Positions 41,406 to 51,095 of a stretch of 54,322 bases of DNA are shown here, piece by piece; position 1 is the stretch's first letter; each line of letters opens with the position of its first letter. Under the pieces are notes generated by a model. That model was given only the letters and a program-made list of their open reading frames with translations. It searched no databases and had not been told where the DNA came from. This stretch comes from an uncultured Chlamydiae bacterium (GTDB lineage: Bacteria; Chlamydiota; Chlamydiia; Chlamydiales; Parachlamydiaceae). The stretch lies in contig CAWHMU010000003.1 in NCBI GenBank assembly GCA_963830365.1, forward strand, positions 1 through 54,322, given 5' to 3'. The position numbers and the translations under genes are program-made.

Positions 41406-43328
41406 ATGTGGAAATATCCAGTAGATTATGATGTCATTGTGATGGGCGCAGGCCATGCCGGCTGTGAAGCTGCGTTGGCTTCCGCTCGTATGGGCCTGCG
41501 CACCCTTCTATTGACGATGTCGCTGGATACCATAGGCAAAATGAGCTGCAATCCCGCTGTCGGTGGCATTGCCAAGGGGCATATCGTTCGCGAGATCGAT
41601 GCCCTTGGCGGTGACATGGGCAAGGTGATTGATGCCACAGGGATCCAATATCGCATGCTCAATGCGACAAAGGGCCCTGCCGTATGGGCGCCGCGCGCAC
41701 AGGCGGATAAAGTCGCCTACCAATATGCCATGAAGCATCGTCTGGAGAAGACACCCCATCTGGATGTCAAGCAAGGTACGATCGAGGACCTGCTTGTCCA
41801 GTCGGACCGCATCACCGGCGTGACGACCAAGGAAGGCATTCAATATCAAGCCAAAGCCCTCATTATCTCTTCGGGCACCTTTATGCGGGGACTGCTGCAT
41901 ATCGGCGAGACCAATTATGCCGGCGGACGGGCAGGGGATCAGCCTGCCGTGGGCCTCTCAGCCAGTTTAGAGAAGCTGGGACTTAAGCTTGGGCGCCTAA
42001 AGACCGGCACGCCACCGCGTGTCAACAGGCGTTCCATCGATTTCAGTCTGACAGAAGAGCAGCCGGGCGAGCCGGGCGTTCACTTTTCTTTTGATTTCAA
42101 GGAAGAAAATGTGCAAAGGCTGCCGCAGGTGTCTTGTCACATCACCTATACCACTGCCCAGACCAAAGAAGTCATTTTAGCCAACCTCCACCGTTCGCCG
42201 ATGTATTCGGGAATGATCAAAGGGGTAGGTCCGCGCTATTGTCCTTCCATCGAAGATAAGATCGTGCGTTTTGCCGATAAGGAAAGGCACCAGCTGTTCC
42301 TTGAGCCTGAAGGGCTGCATACCGAAGAGATCTATGTCAACGGTATTTCCTCGTCTTTGCCTTTTGATGTGCAGCTGCAAGTCATCCACAGCATTCCCGC
42401 CCTGCGTGCGGCCGAAATCATGCGGCCGGCCTACGCCATTGAATACGACTATGTGGTCAGCGGCCAGATGTCGCATTCACTGGAATGCAAGACCATCGAA
42501 GGCCTGTTCTTTGCCGGTCAGATCAACGGCACTTCCGGCTATGAGGAAGCCGCCGGGCAGGGGATCATGGCGGGGATCAATGCCGCCAAGCGCGTGCTGG
42601 GCCAGCCGCCGCTGATACTTAAACGCTCTGAAGCCTATATCGGCGTGATGATCGATGATCTGGTCACTAAGGGGATGGATGAGCCCTATCGCATGTTCAC
42701 CAGCCGGGCCGAACACCGTCTGCTCTTGCGCCAGGACAATGCCGATTTGCGTTTGCGCGGCTATGGGCATGAGCTGGGCCTGATCAATGGGCAGCAATAT
42801 GCCCGTCTGCAGCACAAGCAGCAGATGATCGTGGAAGAGACCGAGCGCCTGCATAAGCTGTTTAAGCAGTCCAATGGCAAGGGGTGTTCCTTGTCGCAGC
42901 TGCTGTCGCGTCCGGAGACAAGTTACGCGGCACTACTCGACACCTATCCTGAAGAGATGCGCGATCATGGCGCTGACATCAATTTCCAGATCGAGCTGGG
43001 CATCAAATATGCCGGCTATATCGGCAGACAGAATAGCGAAGTCTCCAAGCTTGAGCATGTGGAAAATATCCGCGTGCCGGAAACTTTTGATTTTACCACC
43101 GTCAGCGGTTTGCGTTTGGAAGCCAAGCAGAAGCTAAGCAAAATGCAGCCGCAGAATTTAGGGCAGGCCTCGCGCATTTCAGGCGTTTCGCCGGCCGATA
43201 TTTCCGTGTTGATGGTGGCATTGGCGCGCCTCTCACACGAAAATATATCAAACGAAAATATAGCAAACGAGCAGAAAGCCTTGGCCTCGGAATCGTGCGG
43301 GGACGACGCATCTTCTGCATGCTGCTAA
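41406..43328 (+). CDS. mnmG: tRNA uridine-5-carboxymethylaminomethyl modification enzyme MnmG
   Basis: GAGHAGCEAA, MSCNPAVGG, RLKTGTPPR, GPRYCPSIEDK, GQINGTSGYEEAA, EPYRMFTSRAE. Confidence 0.99.
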   Translation: MWKYPVDYDVIVMGAGHAGCEAALASARMGLRTLLLTMSLDTIGKMSCNPAVGGIAKGHIVREIDALGGDMGKVIDATGIQYRMLNATKGPAVWAPRAQADKVAYQYAMKHRLEKTPHLDVKQGTIEDLLVQSDRITGVTTKEGIQYQAKALIISSGTFMRGLLHIGETNYAGGRAGDQPAVGLSASLEKLGLKLGRLKTGTPPRVNRRSIDFSLTEEQPGEPGVHFSFDFKEENVQRLPQVSCHITYTTAQTKEVILANLHRSPMYSGMIKGVGPRYCPSIEDKIVRFADKERHQLFLEPEGLHTEEIYVNGISSSLPFDVQLQVIHSIPALRAAEIMRPAYAIEYDYVVSGQMSHSLECKTIEGLFFAGQINGTSGYEEAAGQGIMAGINAAKRVLGQPPLILKRSEAYIGVMIDDLVTKGMDEPYRMFTSRAEHRLLLRQDNADLRLRGYGHELGLINGQQYARLQHKQQMIVEETERLHKLFKQSNGKGCSLSQLLSRPETSYAALLDTYPEEMRDHGADINFQIELGIKYAGYIGRQNSEVSKLEHVENIRVPETFDFTTVSGLRLEAKQKLSKMQPQNLGQASRISGVSPADISVLMVALARLSHENISNENIANEQKALASESCGDDASSACC

Positions 43329-43349
43329 ACTAGGCTGCTAAGCTAGCTT

Positions 43350-44063
43350 ATGATTCCACTCAACCTCATCCTTCTCAATAACACCTCCATTTTCGAACAG
43401 CTGCAGATAGAAGAGGCGTTATTGCGTGCCGACGGCCATAACTGGTGCCTGATCAATAGCGGCAGCTCTGCCGCCATCGTCATGGGTATTTCAGGCCAGC
43501 CTGAGCTGCTCGTCGACCGGGAAATGCTACGGCAGCAACCTCTGCCCCTCATCCGGCGCTTTAGCGGCGGCGGCACGGTCATCGTCGATCACAACACGTT
43601 TTTTGTCAGCTGGATCTTCAATGCCGCACCCATCGGTGTGGACTGCTGTCCGCAAAAAATCCATCGCTGGTCGGAAGCATTGTACCAGGCGGCCTTTCCC
43701 TCTCTCGGCATGCAGTGGAAAGAGAATGATTATGTCATCGGCGAGCGCAAATTCGGCGGCAACGCCCAATATCTTTGCAAAGGGCGGTGGCTGCATCATA
43801 GCTCTTTGCTGTGGGATTATGAGCCGGACAGGATGCGCTATCTGCTGATGCCGTCGAAAATCCCCGCTTATCGGCAAGGGCGCAGCCATCATGATTTTCT
43901 ATGCCGTCTACGCGCACATTTTCCGGATAAAGCTGACTTGACAAGGCAGCTCATGCAAACCGTGCAGCGGCGTTTCGCTGTGCAGCAGGTAGCATTCTCT
44001 GCAATTGATGAGATCCGGCAGCGCCCCCACCGGCAAGCCACCCAATACATAGCATTTGATTGA
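43350..44063 (+). CDS. lplA: Lipoate-protein ligase family protein
   Basis: EQLQIEEALLR, IRRFSGGGTV, ENDYVIGERKFGGNAQ, WLHHSSLLWD; follows mnmG as in Chlamydia. Confidence 0.92.
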   Translation: MIPLNLILLNNTSIFEQLQIEEALLRADGHNWCLINSGSSAAIVMGISGQPELLVDREMLRQQPLPLIRRFSGGGTVIVDHNTFFVSWIFNAAPIGVDCCPQKIHRWSEALYQAAFPSLGMQWKENDYVIGERKFGGNAQYLCKGRWLHHSSLLWDYEPDRMRYLLMPSKIPAYRQGRSHHDFLCRLRAHFPDKADLTRQLMQTVQRRFAVQQVAFSAIDEIRQRPHRQATQYIAFD

Positions 44064-44111
44064 AAACATAGCATTTGGTTGAAGGGCAAAGAAACTTTGA
44101 TTTAAAAAAAA

Positions 44112-44289
44112 GACTGCTGAGGGGTTTTGAGACGAAGCAATCAACTGGATATAATAAAGTGGGTCCACTTCCTAAAATTCTAGTTCGTAGGCATTGCTGC
44201 CTGGAAGCTATCCTTCTAGCGTCGTGATCCCTAACCAGTGTATTTCGTTGATGGGCTTTTTATGCCTCAAGGTGTCCCGTTCAGCAGTC
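44112..44289 (-). ncRNA. ssrS: Candidate 6S RNA
   Basis: 178-nt rod: closing stem GACTGCTGA/TCAGCAGTC; helices TTGAGGC/GTCTCAA, AAGC/GCTT, ATCAAC/GTTGAT; ~15+15-nt central bubble; GGGATCAC/GTGGACCC inner stem; T8 after the 3' end; own promoter. Confidence 0.78.
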
Positions 44290-44315
44290 AAACTGGTGAC
44301 TTGATCGTTACATTT

Positions 44316-44344
44316 ATTATAGCGAGCTAGTATTGTTTTGGCAA
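44316..44344 (-). promoter_or_regulatory. Sigma66/sigma70-type promoter of the 6S candidate
   Basis: Minus strand TTGCCA - 17 bp - TATAAT. Confidence 0.8.
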
Positions 44345-44375
44345 GTTTAAATTATTATATTTACGGGTTTGTGGT

Positions 44376-45410
44376 ATGTATGATATCCGGTTAGTTTGTT
44401 TCGTTAAAATATTAATTGCTATACTGTTGCTCCAGCAGCTCCCCGCCGCACCGGCGCCAGCCAAACGCTTCCGGCCTCTGAAAATCCACTTGATCGGCAC
44501 GCAAAATGGGCGCGGATTAGAGGCCGATCAGCAAATCCTTAAAAATGAAATCGAAGTTTTGGGCCACCAGGTGAGCTGCTTTGCCATCGGCAACGATGAG
44601 CCGGTCGAGGCCCAGGCTGACATCAATATCTTCTTCCAGGAGATTGATTTCCACCACCTCCCGCATGCCTGCCATAACTGGTTGATTCCCAATCCAGAAT
44701 GGTATGGGCAGTCTTTAGACGCCCTGAATGGTATCGATTTGATTTTGTGCCGCACCCAAGAGGTGGAGCGCATCTTCAACGGACTCAATAAGAAGACATA
44801 TCTTCTTGGTTTTACCAGCCGGGATTGCTATCAGGAAGAGGTGGTGAAAGATTTTTCAGCTTTTGCCCATATCGCCGGCATGAGCATCCAAAAAGGCACC
44901 CTGGCCATTGTGGAAGCCTGGCAGCACAATCCTCTGTTTGGCAAAGCGACGGTTTTGCAGTGTCGGACCTTTACACCGGTGACAAATCTGCCCAATCTGG
45001 TGTGGCTGGGGAGCCGCCTTCAAGAGAAGGAATTGCGCCTCCTGCAGAACCACTGCGGCATCCACCTATGTCTCAGTGAAACAGAGGGCTTTGGACACTA
45101 CCTCGTAGAAGCCATGTCCACAGGCGCCGTGGTGCTGACGACCGATGCCCCGCCCATGCATGAATTCATCACCGATCCGCGCTGCCTCGTGCCCTATCAA
45201 AGGCAGTCCGTCCAGAACCTGGCCATCAACTATTATGTCGATCCCGCCGCCCTGGCAGAAAAGATAAAGCATCTTCTGCAGCTGCCTGCCGACGAGCTGG
45301 CGGGCATCGGCCGCCAAAATCGCCTGGCCTATCTGGAGCTGACCAAGCAGTTCAGGCACAATCTACAGCGTCTTCTCAACGACCGCCGCCTCACCCACCA
45401 CAGCCAGTGA
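44376..45410 (+). CDS. Glycosyltransferase, GT-B fold (family 4-like)
   Basis: NWLIPNPEW, AHIAGMSIQKGT, HLCLSETEGFGHYLVEAMSTGAVVLTTDAPPMHE (EX7E motif). Confidence 0.88.
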   Translation: MYDIRLVCFVKILIAILLLQQLPAAPAPAKRFRPLKIHLIGTQNGRGLEADQQILKNEIEVLGHQVSCFAIGNDEPVEAQADINIFFQEIDFHHLPHACHNWLIPNPEWYGQSLDALNGIDLILCRTQEVERIFNGLNKKTYLLGFTSRDCYQEEVVKDFSAFAHIAGMSIQKGTLAIVEAWQHNPLFGKATVLQCRTFTPVTNLPNLVWLGSRLQEKELRLLQNHCGIHLCLSETEGFGHYLVEAMSTGAVVLTTDAPPMHEFITDPRCLVPYQRQSVQNLAINYYVDPAALAEKIKHLLQLPADELAGIGRQNRLAYLELTKQFRHNLQRLLNDRRLTHHSQ

Positions 45411-45435
45411 CAGCGCGGTGACTGTCTTGTTCAAG

Positions 45436-45648
45436 CCTCGCAAGAGGCGTCAGCGTGTGGCTACATGCTGCCGCCTCTATCGAGGCTGTAAAAATGTTCT
45501 CATGGCTTGTGCCCTATCTCTTGTATGGCAGTGCCAACTCAAATCCTTCCTTCACAGGGTCGAACGCGCAATTTGCCATTATGTATGATTTATTTAACAT
45601 CCTCCATTAGTTTACATATGGGGAGGTACGCGATTGTGCGATGAACTG
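45436..45648. mobile_element. Right half of a family-a MITE (one REP-A, subterminal region and TIR)
   Basis: Near-identical to 48115-48309; ends AGGTACGCGATTGTGCGATGAAC. Confidence 0.85.
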
Positions 45649-45801
45649 AATTATCTCGGGCAGGTACTCATTTGCATGACTAACCTAAATAGTTTTTTTT
45701 GTATGGAAGGCTTGTTAATTAGTTCCAGTTGATTGAGTAAGCTTTGTTTGTCAAATTTGTTTAAATAACGTCTAAATGTTATAATTAAAATTGTTTTAAT
45801 T

Positions 45802-47712
45802 ATGGCGTTTATTATGTCAGGCACAATCGATAGCTTTGATAGCGTCTCCTTTGGATCAGGTTCATTAAATGAACCGGGTACACCAAAGAGTATGCCGGGG
45901 AGTAAGCAGCAAAACACCGTTAGTGGTCATCAATTTACCACAGAAAACAGTATAGCTGAAACAACCAAAAACGGCGAAACCACCGAGAACTTGAGAAGTA
46001 AATCTACCGCGATAGCCAAGAATTCATTTTCTATGGCCTCATCTGCGGCCCCTGGCGCTGCTGTTGCATTACAAGAAAGGGTAACAGCTGGCATACCGAA
46101 AGGCGCTGCGGGGATGACGGCCAAAAAAATAGACGAATCAGCCCTTCAGGTTTTAATAGGTCATTTAGAGGCTGAATTTGAAGAGACAAGCACATATGTT
46201 GGCGAATTAGCAGCTAAACCTGCCGCTTCAATGAAAAAAAGCAAAATTACGGATTCTGCCGAGACGACAGGGGCAGAGCCGGGCAAAGCCTTGCTGACCT
46301 CAAAGTTGGCAACGCTCGAAGATGTCGTTGATAGAATAAAAGGAATCAATTCGAAGATTTTGGGGTCCATAAACACATCAGTACTCTCAAGTCCCGGAAA
46401 TGCAGCTGAATCCTCAGGCATGGCGGCTAGGATCTTTGTAACGCATGAGAGTAAAGTACATCAAATACTGATATCGGAAACTAAGGATAAAACCTTTACG
46501 GTCATCAATTTGACAGCAAAAGAGAGGTTAGGGGAAGGAAGTTTTGCCGAGGCGTTCGCTGTTATCAATCTCGTGTCAGGCAAAGATGAAGAGCAAGAGC
46601 TCGTGCTGAAATCATTACTTAGACCCGATGAAGAGGTTTCCAAGCAGGATATGGCTTCAGAGGTGTCAGCTTATCAAAGCATCCATTCCCTTCATCCCGA
46701 TGGTAAAGTAGCAGGGATATATCCAACCCCGCAAGGGGTCATGGATTATACGGAGGGAGCAAATGCAGAACAAAAGCGTGGCTTTCTTTGTGCCAAACGC
46801 GAGTCTGATGTCGCTGGTTTTAATGTGCTGCTTAAATGTCTTCCAGAAACAGGTACGGCAGATAAGAAAGCTGTCATTGAGAAACTAAAGGCAGAAAAAA
46901 TGGTTGCGAAAGGCAAGGGTCTTCTAAAAAGAATTAATGTAGCCATTAAACATGTAGAAAAGCTTACCAATCAGCAATTGGAACATATGCAAAGTCCGGA
47001 ATTTCTTAAAAAAAATCTGCAGCAATTAATTGGTGCAGGACGGTTCCTGGTAGAGCATAAATATGTGGTCACGGATATCAAACCAGAGAATATGTTAGTT
47101 GCTGCAGACGGAACGATCGAACTTGCTGATTTTGGAGGGGTAAAGAAATGGGACCACCCCGACCGCCTAGAATCCCCCTTGGGGCCCTTTTCGCCGTTCT
47201 ACACTCCACAACTACTTCGAGATGTATTGACGGATGTTTCAAATGAGGTTGATGAATTGAATGATGATTTGAATAACGTAGATGAGCTCATCACTTCTTG
47301 GGCCAATGCTAAGGAGTCATCGGCTAACGAAGGCCAGCCCGGAATTAAAGTGACTGAAGAGGAGAAAAAGGCTGAAAAGGCAGAACGGATCAAAACCCTT
47401 GAGAAAGCCAAAGGAGAGGTGATCAAGAAATTTGATGATCTTCAGGAAAAGCGAATGCTATACGCAATGGGACTTACCTTAAAGGCCGTGATAGAGGCCC
47501 ATCCTGTTGGTAAAACAGAGGAAGGTAAAAATCTGTTAGAAATTATATCAAACATGATCCTTGAATACCCTCCGGATCGAAAAGCTGGCGTGGGACGCGA
47601 TACAAGTATTACTGATGAGAATGCATCTAAAAGAATGGATTTTAAACAAATATTTGATCTGGTGTCAAAATGGGAGGGCGCCCCTACTAAGCCAAGTCAA
47701 GTGATTGGATAG
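45802..47712 (+). CDS. Ser/Thr protein kinase-like protein with low-complexity N-terminus (effector-like)
   Basis: LGEGSFAEAF Gly loop, LVLK, alphaC Glu (MASEV), TDIKPENML catalytic loop, LADFGG. Confidence 0.85.
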   Translation: MAFIMSGTIDSFDSVSFGSGSLNEPGTPKSMPGSKQQNTVSGHQFTTENSIAETTKNGETTENLRSKSTAIAKNSFSMASSAAPGAAVALQERVTAGIPKGAAGMTAKKIDESALQVLIGHLEAEFEETSTYVGELAAKPAASMKKSKITDSAETTGAEPGKALLTSKLATLEDVVDRIKGINSKILGSINTSVLSSPGNAAESSGMAARIFVTHESKVHQILISETKDKTFTVINLTAKERLGEGSFAEAFAVINLVSGKDEEQELVLKSLLRPDEEVSKQDMASEVSAYQSIHSLHPDGKVAGIYPTPQGVMDYTEGANAEQKRGFLCAKRESDVAGFNVLLKCLPETGTADKKAVIEKLKAEKMVAKGKGLLKRINVAIKHVEKLTNQQLEHMQSPEFLKKNLQQLIGAGRFLVEHKYVVTDIKPENMLVAADGTIELADFGGVKKWDHPDRLESPLGPFSPFYTPQLLRDVLTDVSNEVDELNDDLNNVDELITSWANAKESSANEGQPGIKVTEEEKKAEKAERIKTLEKAKGEVIKKFDDLQEKRMLYAMGLTLKAVIEAHPVGKTEEGKNLLEIISNMILEYPPDRKAGVGRDTSITDENASKRMDFKQIFDLVSKWEGAPTKPSQVIG

Positions 47713-47770
47713 GATCCGGAATCAGGCTTCACATCTACCGCTGCTTTGGAGCTGCATTTCAAATATAACT

Positions 47771-48309
47771 GGCTCATCACGCAAATGAGTACCTGTCCAT
47801 GATGATTCGTCAAAAAGCCTTAGTAATTGATGGTTGAAATATGAGAAGTAATGATCTATTTGTAATGTTCTCTTTGAAACAAATCGGCATTCTAGCACAG
47901 AAGGTCTAGTTAGCCTCGATAGAGGCGGAAGCATGTAGCCATAGGTGTCAACCTATGGAATAAAATGCAGTATAAAGAGAGCCGTGAATACGGCGACAGC
48001 AATTTCGATGGAAGCTGAATTTGATGCAATTATTATAGCATATACTATCCTTCAGTCATTGCTGCCGCCGTATTCACGGCTTTGTTTCTAAACATGCGAT
48101 TACCACACGCTGACGCATGTGGCTACATGCTTCCGCCTCTATCGAGGCTGTAAAAATGTTCTCATGGCTTGTGCCCTATCTCTTGTATGGCAGTGCCAAC
48201 TCAAATCCTTCCTTCACAGGATCGAACGCGCAATTTGTTATTATGTATGATTTATTTAACATCCTCCATTAGTTTACATATGGGGAGGTACGCGATTGTG
48301 CGATGAACC
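47771..48309. mobile_element. ISL3-type MITE, family a, 539 bp, carrying a REP-A REPIN (no exact TSD)
   Basis: TIRs GGCTCATCACGCAAATGAGTACCT / AGGTACGCGATTGTGCGATGAACC; collinear with 27605-28148; REPs at 47935 (+) and 48103-48126 (-). Confidence 0.88.
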
Positions 48310-48519
48310 AAAGTTATTAATTGAGGTGGCCGACGGCGTCAGCCTGTACGGAAGGCAAAATGCTATGGGAAGGACTAGATGACATCTCCGGGGTCTAGGA
48401 ACAGGACATATATCAAAAGTTTATAGAGGAATCGCGTGCGAGCCTGATGACTATAAAGAGATAGGCTTGCCTTCGTCGTATTTCACATTTCGTAGTTGAA
48501 GACTTTTGTGCGTGAGGCG

Positions 48520-49353
48520 CTAGTGCTTGCGCTGGCAGCCCAGCGTGCCGATGTAGGCCAAGCCTGCCACAAGCGCAATGGTGGCACCGCCCGGCCAGTC
48601 CAGATGGTAGGCCAAGGCCGTGCCGCCAAAGCACAGCGCGCAGCTCAGCAGCACGGCGATCAGCATGACGCGCGATAGGCTGGCGGAAAAGAGGTTGGCG
48701 ATGGCTGCCGGGATGGTGAGCATGGTCATGACGAGGATGATGCCGACAACCTGGATCAGCAAAACGATGGAGACGGCGGTGAGCACCAGCAACAAAAGAT
48801 AGAGGCTGTTCACCGGCAGGCCCTGCAATTGGGCCTGCTCTTCGTCAAAGCAGATCGCCAGGAACTTCTTGTGCAGGCACAGCACGCATAGCAGGATGAA
48901 AATATCAAGGCTAAAGAGGATATACAAATCCGTCGGCGTCACCCACAAGATATTGCCGATCAGGAAATTCGTCAGCTCGACATTGAAGCCCGGCGTCTGC
49001 GAGATAAAGAGGATGCCGACAGCCATGCCGATGGACCATAAGGCGGCAATGACGGAGTCTTCGCGCTGGCGGTAATGCAGGTGGATCCAGCCGATGAGCA
49101 AAGCAGAGAGAATGCCGGCCACCAGAGCCCCCTGCAGCGGGGAGATCCAGCTGATGCCTTTGGCGCGTTCCAGCCACAGGCAAAAGCCGATGCCGCTAAG
49201 CACTGAATGGGAAATGCTGCCGCAGATGAAGACGATGCGCTTGACGACGACATAAGAGCCGATGATGCCGCTGACGACAGAAGAGGCCAGGCCGGCAATG
49301 ACGGCCGACAGCAGCATGGGATTGCTTTGCAGAGCTTCAAGGAAGGACATCAT
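48520..49353 (-). CDS. Zn/Mn ABC transporter permease (ZnuB-like)
   Basis: GSYVVVKRIVFICGSISHSVLSG, FLIGNIL, VGIILVMTMLTIPAA. Confidence 0.93.
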   Translation of the reverse strand: MMSFLEALQSNPMLLSAVIAGLASSVVSGIIGSYVVVKRIVFICGSISHSVLSGIGFCLWLERAKGISWISPLQGALVAGILSALLIGWIHLHYRQREDSVIAALWSIGMAVGILFISQTPGFNVELTNFLIGNILWVTPTDLYILFSLDIFILLCVLCLHKKFLAICFDEEQAQLQGLPVNSLYLLLLVLTAVSIVLLIQVVGIILVMTMLTIPAAIANLFSASLSRVMLIAVLLSCALCFGGTALAYHLDWPGGATIALVAGLAYIGTLGCQRKH

Positions 49354-50123
49354 AGTTTAGGTCCGGGGTTGGGTCTCGCAGAATTGGCTTTGACAGGATC
49401 TTGCGCGGTCGGCAATTTTATTAAAGGCGCATGGTAAAGGCCAAGCGCGAAATGTTCGCAAATCTGCTGGGGATTGATCACCGCCGCCGTCTGCTGCACG
49501 CAGATCACCTTTTCCACGAGTTCAATGGCGGCTTGCAGGTTATGCGTCACCATCAGAATCGTGATTTCACCCTGCAATTTCTTCAAGATGCCATAGATAT
49601 CGGCTTCGGCCTGGCTGTCGACACTGGCGGTAGGTTCATCCAGCAGCAGCAGCTTGGGTTCTGAGGCCAGCGCGCGCGCAATCAGCGCACGCTGGGCCTG
49701 GCCGCCGGAAAGGTTGCCAAAAGAGCGGTGCTGGAAGTCTTCCATGCCGACGCGCTCAAGGGCGGCCACGGCAGCTTCCTTATCGGCCCGGTTGAACTTG
49801 CCGTACCATGGCAGGCGCGACAGGCGTCCGCCGAGCACAAGCTCAAGCACGGAAATGGGGAACTGCTTGTCGAAACGCAAGGATTGGGGGACATAGGAGA
49901 TCTGCTGCCGGGCTGTGCGTGGGGATTCTCCGAAGATGGATATTTTGCCTGTCTGCGGCTTCAAGAAGCCCATGATCAGCTTTAAAAGCGTGGTCTTGCC
50001 GCCGCCGTTGGGGCCGATGACGCCCACAAATTCCCCCTCTTTAATATCAAAGGAGATGTTTTTGAGGACGAGGGCATCCTGATAGGAAAAGCAGACCTCT
50101 TGTAACGCGACGACAGGCTCCAT
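49350..50123 (-). CDS. Zn/Mn ABC transporter ATP-binding protein (ZnuC-like)
   Basis: GPNGGGKTT, LSGGQAQR, LLLLDEPT, VTH. Confidence 0.95.
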   Translation of the reverse strand: MEPVVALQEVCFSYQDALVLKNISFDIKEGEFVGVIGPNGGGKTTLLKLIMGFLKPQTGKISIFGESPRTARQQISYVPQSLRFDKQFPISVLELVLGGRLSRLPWYGKFNRADKEAAVAALERVGMEDFQHRSFGNLSGGQAQRALIARALASEPKLLLLDEPTASVDSQAEADIYGILKKLQGEITILMVTHNLQAAIELVEKVICVQQTAAVINPQQICEHFALGLYHAPLIKLPTAQDPVKANSARPNPGPKL

Positions 50124-50132
50124 CAACCAACC

Positions 50133-51005
50133 TTATTGTTCATTCGTGGCAAAACGGCGCGCAATTTCAAGCATGCTGTTGAGGTAATCTTCAGCATAAG
50201 GATCAAGCATCACCACTTCTGCGCCGAGTTCTTTGGCAAACAGGCGCGCCCCCTTGCTGCTGTATTGTGCCTGAATGAAGACTTTTTTGATATGGGCGGC
50301 GCGGGCTTTATTTAAAATGGCCGTCAGCTGATAGGGCGTGGGGTCTTTGCCTTCGAATTCTATCGACAGCTGCGTGAGGTCGTAATCGCGGCAGAAATAG
50401 GCATAGGCAGGGTGCGACACCATCACCATGCGCTGTTTGAGGGGTTTTAGGATGGCCTGGATCTGGCTGTCCAGCTTGTCCAGTTCCAGCACAAAAGCCG
50501 CTAATGCCGTCTGATAGCGCGCGGCATGCTCGGGGTAACGCTGACTCAAGGCCGTAGCGATTGTGGCCGCCTGGATTTTAGCTTGGCGGGCGCTCAGCCA
50601 GATATGCAAATCCTGACCGTTGGCATGACAGCAGTGGCAGGTGCTGCCTGAATGGGGATCGGCCGAGATCATGTCCACGCCCTGGCGCAAATCGATGATC
50701 TGCAAATTTGGGTTGTGGGCGGTGAGTGCTTTGATGGCGCGCGTTTCAAAGCTTTCGCCAAGGCAAAACCAAAGGTCTGCCTGGCTGGCCGCCATCATCT
50801 GCTTGGGAGTGGGCTCAAAAGTATGCGCGCTAGACCCTGCCGGCACCATCAAGCCTATCGTGACTGTGCCGTCGGCGATTTTTTCGACAAAGAACTTATG
50901 AGGGGCGACGCTGACGAGGACGTGGCGGGAGGGCGCTGTGTCCGTAAAAGCCAGCGAAGCCGGCAGCATTAACAGGCAGGAAAATAAAAGGGTACGGATG
51001 TCCAA
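50133..51005 (-). CDS. Zn/Mn ABC transporter substrate-binding protein (ZnuA/AdcA-like)
   Basis: Signal peptide; SAHTFEPTP, DLHIWLS, VSHPAYAYF; His/Cys-rich loop; TTG start. Confidence 0.93.
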   Translation of the reverse strand: MDIRTLLFSCLLMLPASLAFTDTAPSRHVLVSVAPHKFFVEKIADGTVTIGLMVPAGSSAHTFEPTPKQMMAASQADLWFCLGESFETRAIKALTAHNPNLQIIDLRQGVDMISADPHSGSTCHCCHANGQDLHIWLSARQAKIQAATIATALSQRYPEHAARYQTALAAFVLELDKLDSQIQAILKPLKQRMVMVSHPAYAYFCRDYDLTQLSIEFEGKDPTPYQLTAILNKARAAHIKKVFIQAQYSSKGARLFAKELGAEVVMLDPYAEDYLNSMLEIARRFATNEQ

Positions 51006-51095
51006 AAGATAGATCCTTGCGATAACTTGTTTGTCATTGATTTTGAAGATATTATGTATAATTTTGCCATTCTAGGCAAGCTTAAACAAAAGGCA

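Noticed and set aside
43233..43328. MnmG tail ending in Cys-Cys as a lipidation signal
   Set aside because: MnmG is a cytoplasmic housekeeping enzyme; the tail looks like a low-complexity extension with a short ACGAAAATAT duplication.
23425..48309. CRISPR array interpretation of the recurring 24-40-bp repeats
   Set aside because: The repeats are dispersed and inverted, not direct repeats with regular unique spacers, and there are no cas genes.
47763..48317. Target-site duplication around the 47771-48309 MITE
   Set aside because: The flanks ATATAACT and AAAGTTAT do not match, so no TSD is claimed.
51016..51042. Zur/Fur box upstream of the metal ABC operon
   Set aside because: The dyad TGCGATAAC...TTTGTCA is too imperfect to support a call.
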